Source: Fredinandcohnia salidurans
GTDB taxonomy: Bacteria > Bacillota > Bacilli > Bacillales > Bacillaceae_L
Assembly: GCF_042680725.1 (NCBI RefSeq)
Contig: NZ_JBHUEK010000017.1
Location: forward strand, 23,834-47,833
Reading direction: 5' to 3'
DNA length: 24,000 nucleotides
The notes beneath the pieces are model-generated. The model saw nothing but the letters and a program-made list of their open reading frames with translations, was not told where the DNA came from and did no database searches. Below, one piece after another: positions 1 through 8,405 of the stretch (the stretch's first letter is position 1; each line of letters opens with the position of its first letter). The position numbers and the translations under genes were made by a program.

Positions 1-174
1 TGTGAAAATTTTGTTTTTTGCCATTCTAAGAGCTCCAATCTATTATTTACACATACTTCATGTAAGTTTTTTTACCATTACCAAGGATTTCCTTTTGTTT
101 TTTGTATTAGTTCTTAATATTAAAACCTTCCCTATTAAGAATAATCTTCCTTTCATTCTAAAACTATATTTTAA

Positions 175-1164
175 CTAGTTAAATGTGGTTAACTCTTCTG
201 AAACAGAATGTAAAAAGTCTTTTTCAAATCTAATATAGTATGCCCCATTTATCCTATCATTTATCATACCTTCGGTTAATGATACCGATTGTATCGAGTC
301 AATTTCCATCTCTACTATTTGTTCAACAGGAGCATTCCCTTCTATTTTAGTAGTAGATTGTTTTAATAGTGTTTCTGGTACTACGTTTTTCGTTTGATTA
401 ATAACTGCATGGATAAGGTTTACTTGGTTTTCTTCACTCAATCTTCCTACTGTGGCAGCCATCATTAATGCCACAACCTCTTCTCCATTCAAACGATTCT
501 TCCCCTTTTTGAATTCAAACGAGACTCTAGACAACGCTCTTACTTCGATATCTTCTTGCAGGTCGTAATCGATACCATTCACTGAGTCAATCAATGTTGA
601 AAAGGTCTCTAGGTCCATAACAGCGTAATAATCAATGGGTAAATCAAATAGCTTAGAAACTGTTGTTCGTACATTTTCAGCTCCACCCGAACCGTAAATA
701 TAAGCATGTGTCAATTTATCATATGAAGTAGTTCCATTTTTCTTATCCACTATCGGAGAATAAGTATCACGAGGGATAGATAGAACTTTCATCATCTTTT
801 TATCTTCATTAAAACTAAGCAATAGGTTAATTGGTATTCTATTATTCTCATCTTTTACCATAAATAGCGTGGTAAAAGACTCGTCTTCTTGAGATTCAAC
901 TCCACTTGCATGTATTCCTTTGTTTTCATTCGTAACGTTTCCTTGAAAAATCGATGGAATAAACAATAATATACACAAGCCGATCACTAATAATGAAGCT
1001 GTAGGTATGGCGAGTTGTTTTGTAATAGAAACAAGATTTAATCTTTTTGTGTGATTCTCTATTTTATGTATTTGTTCAAACACTTCATTACGGTCTTTTT
1101 TCGTAAATCTTAATTCTTGATCAGACATAGTCATAAATCTATCTTTTACTCGTTTATCTTCCAT
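175..1164 (-). CDS. Single-pass membrane protein with extracytoplasmic LytR-CpsA-Psr (LCP)-like domain; candidate anti-sigma partner of the adjacent ECF sigma
   Basis: 329-aa ORF. It has a ~55-aa cytoplasmic N-terminus, one TM helix (AIPTASLLVIGLCILLFIPSIF), then an LCP-like core (KVLSIPRDTY, HAYIYGSGG, LPIDYYAVMDLETFSTLIDSVNGIDYDL). Its ATG overlaps the sigma gene stop by 11 nt (ATGGAAGATAA). Confidence 0.8.
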   Translation of the reverse strand: MEDKRVKDRFMTMSDQELRFTKKDRNEVFEQIHKIENHTKRLNLVSITKQLAIPTASLLVIGLCILLFIPSIFQGNVTNENKGIHASGVESQEDESFTTLFMVKDENNRIPINLLLSFNEDKKMMKVLSIPRDTYSPIVDKKNGTTSYDKLTHAYIYGSGGAENVRTTVSKLFDLPIDYYAVMDLETFSTLIDSVNGIDYDLQEDIEVRALSRVSFEFKKGKNRLNGEEVVALMMAATVGRLSEENQVNLIHAVINQTKNVVPETLLKQSTTKIEGNAPVEQIVEMEIDSIQSVSLTEGMINDRINGAYYIRFEKDFLHSVSEELTTFN

Positions 1165-1681
1165 AAAATTCTGCCTCCCTTATCACTGACTCTAATCGTT
1201 GTTTCCCTCTTCTTAATCGAGTCTTCACTGTATTAATAGAAATATCTAAAACACTTGAAATTTCATCGGTTTTTAAAGACTCATAGTAATATAGGTAAAT
1301 CACTTCCCGATACACTTTCGGAAGAGAAAAGATATTCTCTTTCATTTCTTCGTTATTATATTTATCAATAACTGTTTTTTCTGGTGATGGTAATATTGAC
1401 CTTGTGGTTTCGTTAATAAAACTTCTAACTTGTACCATTTTGTAATTCCAACTTTTTAAATAGTCTTTACATTCATTAATTGTTATGCGATAAAGCCAGG
1501 TTTTTATTTGTGCATCGTATCGAAACGAATCCAGACTTTTGTAGCATTTTATAAACGTATTTTGCACCATATCTTTAGCAATCTCTGGGTCTTTCACATA
1601 AGAAAATGCCAATCGTACTAACTCATTACCATATTCAATCATCATTTTTTCTAATATAATATCTTTTTCTTCTCTGTCCAA
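1154..1681 (-). CDS. ECF-type (sigma-70 family group 4) RNA polymerase sigma factor
   Basis: 175 aa. Region 2-like segment WLYRITINECKDYL and region 4 HTH SLKTDEISSVLDISINTVKTRLRRGKQRL. TTG start with GGGAGGG 7 nt upstream. Confidence 0.9.
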   Translation of the reverse strand: MDREEKDIILEKMMIEYGNELVRLAFSYVKDPEIAKDMVQNTFIKCYKSLDSFRYDAQIKTWLYRITINECKDYLKSWNYKMVQVRSFINETTRSILPSPEKTVIDKYNNEEMKENIFSLPKVYREVIYLYYYESLKTDEISSVLDISINTVKTRLRRGKQRLESVIREAEFYGR

Positions 1682-1717
1682 TCTACTACCCTCCCTATCA
1701 ACCTACTTCAATGCTAT

Positions 1718-1746
1718 TAGACGATTATCAAATCATATTAGGTTCA
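1718..1746 (-). promoter_or_regulatory. ECF-type promoter upstream of the sigma gene (probable autoregulation)
   Basis: Minus strand reads TGAACC-N17-CGTCTA, which matches the Bacillus ECF pattern (GAAC -35, CGTC -10). It lies between the blaI terminator and the sigma RBS. Confidence 0.5.
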
Positions 1747-1802
1747 ATTTTAAAAACATTTATTTAACAAATTTCATAAAGCTTGAAGGGTAAGCCTCAA
1801 AT

Positions 1803-1833
1803 TAAAAAAGAATGCCACGATAGCTTGGCATTC
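1803..1833 (-). terminator. Rho-independent terminator after blaI
   Basis: Minus strand reads GAATGCCA-AGCTATCG-TGGCATTC followed by TTTTTT, starting 2 nt after the blaI stop. Confidence 0.75.
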
Positions 1834-1834
1834 C

Positions 1835-2224
1835 TTAATAGTTTTGTTTTTTCTTATTTGGATCCAACATGGAACGTAATTCCTTTATATCCTCTTCTGA
1901 TAATGAGTCTTCCTGGATAAACTGGACCAACATTGACTTTAGTGCCCCACCATAAATTCGTTTAACAAAAGATTCCGCCTCCGCATGCTGGCATTCATCT
2001 TGTGAATATAGTGGGAAAAAGGTATAAATCCTTTTTTCTTTGTTCACACCCACTACATTTTTTTTGACAAGTCGATCCAGCAGGGTACGTATGGTTTTTG
2101 GTTTCCAATCCGTCCGTTCTTGTAGGATGGAAATCACTTCGTTCGCTGTAAGTGGCGTCTTTTCCCAAAGTACCGTCATAATTTCCCATTCAGACTCCGA
2201 GATAGTAGGTATTTTTTTAGACAC
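1835..2224 (-). CDS. blaI: BlaI/MecI-family penicillinase repressor (winged helix)
   Basis: N-terminus KKIPTISESEWEIMTVLWEK and C-terminus FVKRIYGGALKSMLVQFIQEDSLSEEDIKEL resemble BlaI/MecI. I prefer the GTG start at 2224 (AAAGGAGGTGG RBS 7 nt upstream, giving 129 aa) over the track's TTG at 2278, which has no RBS. Confidence 0.9.
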   Translation of the reverse strand: MSKKIPTISESEWEIMTVLWEKTPLTANEVISILQERTDWKPKTIRTLLDRLVKKNVVGVNKEKRIYTFFPLYSQDECQHAEAESFVKRIYGGALKSMLVQFIQEDSLSEEDIKELRSMLDPNKKKQNY

Positions 2225-2285
2225 ACTGTTCCACCTCCTTTTGTCGTTAAAAGATGATTCTAACACCTTTTTAATCAAGTTTTAC

Positions 2286-4052
2286 TTAATAGATTCCCTT
2301 GTCTTGCAAAATGGATAAGGTTATTTCTGCCGCCTTTTTTCCGGTAGCATTTTTTTCATTCTGTATATTGGTTGCAAAGAAATACGTATTTTCCTCTTTC
2401 TCTACATATCCGATAAACCACCCGTTTATTTCCTTGCCATTGACGTTGCCTGTACCCGTTTTACCAGAAAGGATCTCCTCATTTTTTTCCTCGAGTTTGA
2501 TTGCCTCTTTAACGGTTTGGATGTTTTTTTTCTCAAACCCTAGCTGATTTGTATACAAATCTTTTAATAGTTGGACCTGTTCCAATGGAGAAATTTCCAA
2601 TGATGATTCTAGCCAAAATTGATTGATTCCCCCAGACATGTCAGCATTCCCATAATTGATTCGCTTAAGAAATGTTTGGATATTCCCTGCCTGGTTCCTT
2701 TTATCTAACTCCTGAAAATACCAGGTCACTGAATTTTTCATCGCCGTCGTTACATTTTGTTCTGAATTCCAAGAATCAAAGGGATACTGGGTGCCATCCC
2801 ATTTTATCGTAGAATTTTCATCAGATATCAGATTCGACTCTAGTCCAAACAATGCACTATAAATCTTGTAAGTAGAATTCGGTGATACTCTCAAGGTGCT
2901 TTTGTCTTTATTATATATTTGATATTGATCAGACTGCTGATCATATAAGACAAAGCTTCCATCATAGCCAGTAAAATGCTTACTTAAATCCATATAAAGA
3001 GCCTTTTCATATTTAAAATCATAACGATTATTATCTTGAGCCATAGCAGAAATGAGTGGAACCTGACTAGCAACCAATACTCCTAATATAGTAAAAATCA
3101 CTGTACTTTTCAGCTTCAAAAGCTTTGATTCCTTTGTATAGGAAGCAATACGCTCGATGCGACTTTTGATTTGTTTTTTGGAACCATTAAATTGATTGGC
3201 TAACTTAACGTTTTTCTGACTTGAAACATTATCAATAAAATTGATGATTGTTATCCCATATCCTTTACGACACTTCTCATCTAAGGAACTTAACACCGCA
3301 TGATCACAAGCAATTTCACGATCTAATCTCATTTTTCGAAACGCAACCCAAACAAGTGGATTGAACCAGTAAATGATTTGTAAAATAACAATCAGGTAAT
3401 TCGTTGCGATATCTTTCGATTTATAGTGATTTAGCTCATGCAAAAATATATATTTGGTTTCATCCAAAGACAGCCATTCGTCAAAATTGGCAGGCAATAC
3501 AACATAATTTCTAAAAAGGCCAAATGTCATCGGGGATTTGACATTCCGTGATTCTCCTACCACTACATGTCCCGATATACCCAACTGTTTTTTGCACTGT
3601 TCAAACAAAAACTGTACGTCCTTATTTTTCAGTGAGTATGTTGTTCTCTTAATCTTCCTTACCTCAAGCCATGCTTTTACTGCCAAAGCCGTCATGACAA
3701 GCATCCCCGCGATCCATATGCTGGCTGTCATGATATTGAGATATTCAAGGTTAGCACGATTTACAGATACTGAATATTCCTGTTTCCAATTCGAGTTTTG
3801 AACTTCCTCGGTAATTTTAAACGAAGGGATCGTACCGTCACCCTGGTCGACCTCCAAAGCAATATTGGAAAATTCAATAGGTAATAATTGAACCGGAATA
3901 AAAGGCAGTATCAATGCAATCAACAATAAAAACCATATATAATATTGCCCTTTTGCAGATAATTGTTTTTTAAATATACTCCGCACCAGCAAGATGCCGG
4001 TAATCGTTAATGAAGATACGATTAAACAGATGATAAAGTATGTAAAAAACAT
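2286..4052 (-). CDS. blaR1: BlaR1/MecR1-type beta-lactam sensor-transducer (M56 metalloprotease plus penicillin-binding sensor domain)
   Basis: 588 aa with N-terminal TM helices. Zinc motif HELNHY; C-terminal acyl-serine domain motifs STYK (SxxK) and KTGTG. Confidence 0.92.
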   Translation of the reverse strand: MFFTYFIICLIVSSLTITGILLVRSIFKKQLSAKGQYYIWFLLLIALILPFIPVQLLPIEFSNIALEVDQGDGTIPSFKITEEVQNSNWKQEYSVSVNRANLEYLNIMTASIWIAGMLVMTALAVKAWLEVRKIKRTTYSLKNKDVQFLFEQCKKQLGISGHVVVGESRNVKSPMTFGLFRNYVVLPANFDEWLSLDETKYIFLHELNHYKSKDIATNYLIVILQIIYWFNPLVWVAFRKMRLDREIACDHAVLSSLDEKCRKGYGITIINFIDNVSSQKNVKLANQFNGSKKQIKSRIERIASYTKESKLLKLKSTVIFTILGVLVASQVPLISAMAQDNNRYDFKYEKALYMDLSKHFTGYDGSFVLYDQQSDQYQIYNKDKSTLRVSPNSTYKIYSALFGLESNLISDENSTIKWDGTQYPFDSWNSEQNVTTAMKNSVTWYFQELDKRNQAGNIQTFLKRINYGNADMSGGINQFWLESSLEISPLEQVQLLKDLYTNQLGFEKKNIQTVKEAIKLEEKNEEILSGKTGTGNVNGKEINGWFIGYVEKEENTYFFATNIQNEKNATGKKAAEITLSILQDKGIY

Positions 4053-4143
4053 CTTATTCTCATCTCCTTACCTCTACCCTGCTGCTTTCTACCTAAAGGG
4101 GAAAATCCACAATTAACTTTCATAATTTATCCCGCTTCCTAGA

Positions 4144-4157
4144 ATTACAACTGTAAT
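4144..4157. promoter_or_regulatory. BlaI operator dyad 1 (overlaps the putative blaR1 -10)
   Basis: Perfect inverted repeat ATTACA-AC-TGTAAT, the TACA/TGTA dyad type bound by BlaI/MecI. Confidence 0.65.
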
Positions 4158-4178
4158 ATTCAAATGATATCACGTCAA
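4150..4178 (-). promoter_or_regulatory. Putative sigma-A promoter of blaR1-blaI
   Basis: Minus strand reads TTGACG-N17-TACAGT. The -10 is embedded in operator dyad 1. Confidence 0.45.
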
Positions 4179-4252
4179 TTGTAGTTTATCAATCTACTCC
4201 TTCTAGATAAATATTCTACTTCTTGGGAATTTTGATTCTTTTTAAAAATGGG

Positions 4253-4281
4253 TTGACCGCTTCGGATTACAAATGTAGTAT
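4253..4281 (+). promoter_or_regulatory. Putative sigma-A promoter of the beta-lactamase gene
   Basis: TTGACC-N17-TAGTAT. The spacer and -10 overlap operator dyad 2, and dyad 3 lies just downstream. Confidence 0.45.
4266..4279. promoter_or_regulatory. BlaI operator dyad 2 (imperfect)
   Basis: ATTACA-AA-TGTAGT, with one mismatch to a perfect dyad. Confidence 0.5.
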
Positions 4282-4284
4282 TGT

Positions 4285-4298
4285 ATTACACGTGTAAT
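4285..4298. promoter_or_regulatory. BlaI operator dyad 3
   Basis: Perfect inverted repeat ATTACA-CG-TGTAAT. Confidence 0.65.
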
Positions 4299-4387
4299 CT
4301 TAATCATGGAAAGGTGGAGGTCTATTCGATATTGTACGAGTTTAAATATGTTTAGATTTATCATTTTTAAGAAAAGAGGTTGTTATT

Positions 4388-5323
4388 TTGAAGAAACTAA
4401 CGAATACATTAATCCCACTACATAAACGTAAAGGAGCTTTATTTCTATCATTACTTATATTAATCATGCTGGCTGGTTGCACGCGTGCAGCCACTTCACC
4501 TGCATCCCCAACCAAATCTGAATCCACTAAGGAGGAAGTAACTACTACAGACGAGGCGTTCAGACAACTTGAAAGTCAGTTCGACGCCCGCCTCGGGGTT
4601 TATGCAATTGATACTGAAACAGAAGAGAGTATTGTTTTCCGAGCAGATGAGAGGTTTGCTTTCGCTTCCACTTACAAGTCACTTGCTGCAGGAGTAATGC
4701 TTCAACAGAAATCGATAAACGAACTTGACGAAATTATCACTTACACAAAAGATGATTTAGTTACTTATTCACCAGTTACAGAGAAACACGTAGATACAGG
4801 AATGTCATTGAAAGAAATTGCCGAGGCTGCTATCCGTTACAGCGACAATACTGCTGGGAACTTACTTTTCAATGAAATCGGAGGTCCTGGAGGCTTTGAA
4901 GCAGCGCTAAGAGAGATTGACGATAAGGTTACAGAATCTGATCGTTTTGAACCAGATTTGAACTTCACAACCCCTGGAGACTCGCGTGACACAAGTACAC
5001 CGAAAGCACTAGCCACAAGTCTACAGGCATTCGTGGTTAGTGACGTTCTTCCTTCAGAAAAGCGAGCAATCATGACCGATTGGCTAGTTGGTAACGCTAC
5101 TGGAGATACCCTAATCCGTGCTGGTGTACCTGAGGGCTGGGTCGTCGGTGATAAAAGTGGGGCAGCAACTTACGGAACACGAAATGATATTGCCATTGTT
5201 TGGCCACCTGAACGTGATCCAATTATCATCGCTATTCTATCTGACCGAACTACGGAGGACGCAGCTTATGACGATGCACTACTTGCTGAGGCTGCGAAAA
5301 TTGTAATAAATGCTCTAAATTAA
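4388..5323 (+). CDS. bla: Class A beta-lactamase, lipoprotein form (BlaP/PenP-like)
   Basis: 311 aa. TTG start with AAAAGAGG RBS. Signal peptide with lipobox LAGC. Class A motifs STYK (S70xxK), SDN, EPDLN (E166) and KSG. Confidence 0.93.
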   Translation: MKKLTNTLIPLHKRKGALFLSLLILIMLAGCTRAATSPASPTKSESTKEEVTTTDEAFRQLESQFDARLGVYAIDTETEESIVFRADERFAFASTYKSLAAGVMLQQKSINELDEIITYTKDDLVTYSPVTEKHVDTGMSLKEIAEAAIRYSDNTAGNLLFNEIGGPGGFEAALREIDDKVTESDRFEPDLNFTTPGDSRDTSTPKALATSLQAFVVSDVLPSEKRAIMTDWLVGNATGDTLIRAGVPEGWVVGDKSGAATYGTRNDIAIVWPPERDPIIIAILSDRTTEDAAYDDALLAEAAKIVINALN

Positions 5324-5392
5324 ATATAATGAATCCAATGGAGTAACTAGTCTACAAAACTGGTTGCTCCTCAAAATAGAAACCAACATAGT

Positions 5393-5427
5393 AAAAAAGG
5401 CATTGGTTATTCAATGTCTTTTCGTTT
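5393..5427. terminator. Bidirectional rho-independent terminator between convergent bla and the membrane-protein gene
   Basis: AAAAAA-AGGCATTG-GTTATT-CAATGTCT-TTTCGTTT. The 8-bp stem (one G-U pair) is flanked by an A-run and a T-run. Confidence 0.6.
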
Positions 5428-5457
5428 GCTAATAATTTATAATAAATTGATTATCTA

Positions 5458-5907
5458 TTATCCATTCCACGCCGTTATCAAAAAACATAGCGCCGTAATA
5501 AAAGATAATGGTGTCATGATAAGCCTCTCCTTTTTACTCTTGGATAAAGCATTCATGACCGTATTTAGGATTAAATAGAATGCAAAAAAATAACAGACTC
5601 CTTTTGCAATGGGTGCTATTAAGCTTATCGAAATTACATTTCCAACATGTAATATAAACATGACTGCAACCAACTGAATAAGAACGGAAATGAGACAAGC
5701 GACTCGCATTTGCTTCGGCATAATTTTATATTTCCCGCCCATTGCAAGATCTCCATAAGGCAACCCTAAAGCTAATAATACGTACAAAATAGCCACTGCC
5801 AGAAAAGCAATACTTCCAATCCATGCTGTTAACACGATATCACTCTCCAAAATAATAACTTCAAATTTCCGCCAATACTTATATTTATGTATAACTTTTT
5901 TTCTCAT
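5458..5907 (-). CDS. Multi-pass membrane protein of unknown function
   Basis: Hydrophobic ORF with about four predicted TM segments. The start is uncertain: I chose the ATG at 5907 (MRKKVIHKYKYW), and the upstream extension to 6039 has no convincing RBS. Confidence 0.55.
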   Translation of the reverse strand: MRKKVIHKYKYWRKFEVIILESDIVLTAWIGSIAFLAVAILYVLLALGLPYGDLAMGGKYKIMPKQMRVACLISVLIQLVAVMFILHVGNVISISLIAPIAKGVCYFFAFYLILNTVMNALSKSKKERLIMTPLSFITALCFLITAWNG

Positions 5908-6117
5908 TCCTGCTTCAGTAGTTAACTCCATTGAAAGTGTAAAGTTCTTAGAAAAACTACAGGTGGATACACCTTCCCACATCCACTGAAGAGGATTTAG
6001 TGAACACAAAAAGGGAAGCTTGAGAAATACCCGCTCCACCCTTTTGGAAAAAACTAGATTTAAGTACTAAGATTCGATAATATAATGATAGAGATAAAAA
6101 AGGAAGGTGAATTATCC

Positions 6118-7815
6118 ATGACAAAAGATGTAGGTCAAAATTACTATAAAGAATTAATTGATTTAAAAGATGTAGAATTGATAGAAGCTCAATTTCAAAG
6201 TTTACTAGATGTTTCAATCAATTCCGTTTCTGACCTTGAAAAATGGTTACAAGAGGAAAAGAATTTAATGATTAAGATCGCGGAGGCGATGACAGGTCAC
6301 CAAGTTGACTTTTACAGGAATACAGAGGATCCAGAAATTAAGTCGACCTATCTTCACGACCAACAAGTCATTCAACCACTTTTAATGAAATATGAAGCAA
6401 AACTAAATGAGAAATGCTGTGAGTCTCCTTATTTTAATCAATTAGATGAAAAACGCTACGGCTTGATGCGACAAGTTCGTGAGTCCAAAGTGAAACTGTT
6501 CAGAGAAGAAAACATCCCATTGATGGTTAGAGAACAAGAACTCTGTACAAAGTATAGCGAAATTATGGGAGGGTTAACGGTTGAATGGGAAGGAGAAGAA
6601 AAGCCTTTTCCGTTTATCCAATCTCAACTTGATAATCTTGACAGAGGCGTGCGAGAAAAAGCTTATTACAAAATAGGTTCTGCCTTTGGTCAAATTAAGC
6701 CGGATATGGATGCTATCATGGACGAACTCATTCAACTTCGCCATCAAATCGCGTTAAATGCAGGCTTTGAGAATTATCGTGATTATATGTTTGTGGCCAA
6801 AAATCGTGAGTATAGTGTCCAAGATTGTTATGACTTTCATGAAAATGTAGAAAAACATATTATCCCAGCTTGGAATCGACTCGCCGATGTGTTTAAGTCT
6901 AAGCTTGGTGTTGATACATACCGCCCTTGGGACAACACTGCTAAATTGATGAAAAAGCCACCATACGCTGAGGTGTCTACGCTTATGGATGGTGTTTCTG
7001 AAATGTTAGGAAAGACAGATCCCTATTTTTCAGAACGTTTCGATTATATGAGAGAAAATGGGTTATTAGATCTTGGAGATCGAAAAGGAAAAAGTCCAGG
7101 TGGTTTCTGTACCTCCTTGCCTGTTTCAGGAGATACCTTTGTTTTTGCGAACTTTAGTCCATCCTTTTTCTCACTAATTGCATTAATTCATGAAATGGGC
7201 CATGCGGTGAATGGATACCTCCAATTTTCTGAACATGGACCTACAGAAGACTACCAGCACCGTATGGAAGTAGCTGAACTGTATTCTCATGGGATGGAAT
7301 TGCTTTTATTAGATAAACTAGATCAGTTTTATCCAGAGGAGGAGGATTTTCATAGCGCACAGCGTGAAGAGTTAAGACGAGCATTCACAATGTTATATGG
7401 ACCACTATCAGGGGACCTCTTCCAGCATTGGATGTATACAAATCCTAACCATACTGCCAAAGAGCGTGACGAAAAGTACTTTGAAATCGCAAAACGTTAT
7501 GGTTTAAACCCTGTCGATACTTCTGGTCTAGAGAAAGAAATTGGGATGAGTTGGATAGGCACCCTTCATTATTTTGAAGTTCCTTTCTATAATATTGAAT
7601 ACTCTATCTCGATGCTTGGTGCTCTAGAATTACTTGAGAATTATCAGAAAAACCCTGAGCAAGCTGTCGAAGCCTTTAAAAAAGGAGCAAGTGCGGATTA
7701 CAATCAATCCATCGCAGCTATTTATAAAGAAACTGGGGTCAATTTTGATTTTTCAGAGCCAGCTGTTAAACGAATGGGTGAATTCCTAGAAAAAGTCATT
7801 CAAGAGATTCAATAA
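6118..7815 (+). CDS. M3-family oligoendopeptidase (PepF-like zinc metallopeptidase)
   Basis: HEMGHAV zinc motif (HExxH) about two-thirds of the way along the protein. Length about 565 aa. ATG at 6118 is preceded by AGGAAGGTGA. Confidence 0.88.
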   Translation: MTKDVGQNYYKELIDLKDVELIEAQFQSLLDVSINSVSDLEKWLQEEKNLMIKIAEAMTGHQVDFYRNTEDPEIKSTYLHDQQVIQPLLMKYEAKLNEKCCESPYFNQLDEKRYGLMRQVRESKVKLFREENIPLMVREQELCTKYSEIMGGLTVEWEGEEKPFPFIQSQLDNLDRGVREKAYYKIGSAFGQIKPDMDAIMDELIQLRHQIALNAGFENYRDYMFVAKNREYSVQDCYDFHENVEKHIIPAWNRLADVFKSKLGVDTYRPWDNTAKLMKKPPYAEVSTLMDGVSEMLGKTDPYFSERFDYMRENGLLDLGDRKGKSPGGFCTSLPVSGDTFVFANFSPSFFSLIALIHEMGHAVNGYLQFSEHGPTEDYQHRMEVAELYSHGMELLLLDKLDQFYPEEEDFHSAQREELRRAFTMLYGPLSGDLFQHWMYTNPNHTAKERDEKYFEIAKRYGLNPVDTSGLEKEIGMSWIGTLHYFEVPFYNIEYSISMLGALELLENYQKNPEQAVEAFKKGASADYNQSIAAIYKETGVNFDFSEPAVKRMGEFLEKVIQEIQ

Positions 7816-7864
7816 AGAGTTCGAGGACTGGTCATATAGGGCCAATCGAAGCTTTGTTTGCAAG

Positions 7865-7900
7865 AAGGCACTACTAGTGTGATTACTAGTAGTGCCTTTT
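7865..7900 (+). terminator. Rho-independent terminator after the M3 peptidase gene
   Basis: AAGGCACTACTAGT-gtgatt-ACTAGTAGTGCCTT followed by TT. The 14-bp stem is perfect. Confidence 0.8.
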
Positions 7901-8065
7901 CACTTTACTCGGCAAAGGTTTCCCCGCTTATCGAGCGATTCTTATTTTATGGTAAAAATGAACACACCGACTACGATAAGTCCTTCCATCTCCGCATTCC
8001 ACCCATTTCTTGATCTCCTATGTATCAACACGATGCATTAAGCTAATTCCTTTTTGGTCGTTGGT

Positions 8066-8245
8066 TTAGAGGGCTCCAAGAAAGCAATACATGAGAGCAA
8101 AGATAAAAATAAATGTTAAGACTGGTCCTAATACATCTTGTCTATGAGTACTTTTTCCATGCTTTAAATTCTTTAAAAAAGTAGTAAAATTAATAAACCA
8201 CAAAACTCCTAATAACGGTATGACAAATAAAAGCATAAATACCAT
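8066..8245 (-). CDS. Small two-TM membrane protein (59 aa)
   Basis: ATG at 8245 is preceded by GGAAGGTGAGGA. The sequence MVFMLLFVIPLLGVLWFINF ... VLTFIFIFALMYCFLGAL is strongly hydrophobic. Confidence 0.5.
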   Translation of the reverse strand: MVFMLLFVIPLLGVLWFINFTTFLKNLKHGKSTHRQDVLGPVLTFIFIFALMYCFLGAL

Positions 8246-8319
8246 CGTTTCGTCCTCACCTTCCAATTTCTCCAAAATGTATTCTATTAATCTGCATCGA
8301 GAGTTTAATAACTTCAACT

Positions 8320-8357
8320 AAAAGGTGCGTAATCCTTCTTGGATCATCGCACCCTTT
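8320..8357 (-). repeat. Conserved terminator-like hairpin element, copy 1
   Basis: Minus strand reads AAAGGGTGCGATGATCCAAGAAGGATTACGCACCTTTTAG. It starts 48 nt after the GNAT stop. See the family finding. Confidence 0.7.
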
Positions 8358-8405
8358 AGTGTAATAATCCTTATATGTAAACCACTGCGAACAAAAAATC
8401 CAATA

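Noticed and set aside
1-24. Possible start of a minus-strand gene leaving the window (ATGGCAAAAAACAAAATTTTCACA, with GGAG 8 nt upstream).
   Set aside because: Only 8 codons are visible, so neither coding status nor function can be supported.
2225-2278. The track's N-terminal extension of blaI (TTG at 2278).
   Set aside because: It has no RBS. An internal GTG has a near-perfect AAAGGAGGTGG RBS and gives the canonical ~129-aa BlaI length starting at KKIP.
4342-4527. 61-aa minus-strand ORF across the bla control region.
   Set aside because: It is antisense to the beta-lactamase signal peptide, has no RBS and has a low-complexity translation.
1835-5323. Apparent GC-content contrast between the beta-lactamase gene and blaR1/blaI, as a sign of separate acquisition.
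   Set aside because: My hand counts on single 60-nt lines gave 47-55% for bla. They gave 32-45% for blaR1 and 42% for blaI. The ranges are too noisy and too close to support the claim without a proper calculation.
7971-8006. 11-codon minus-strand micro-ORF (MGGMRRWKDLS) with a strong AGGAGAT RBS, and an overlapping 15-codon hydrophobic micro-ORF.
   Set aside because: It is too short to support from sequence alone and would need conservation or ribosome-profiling evidence.
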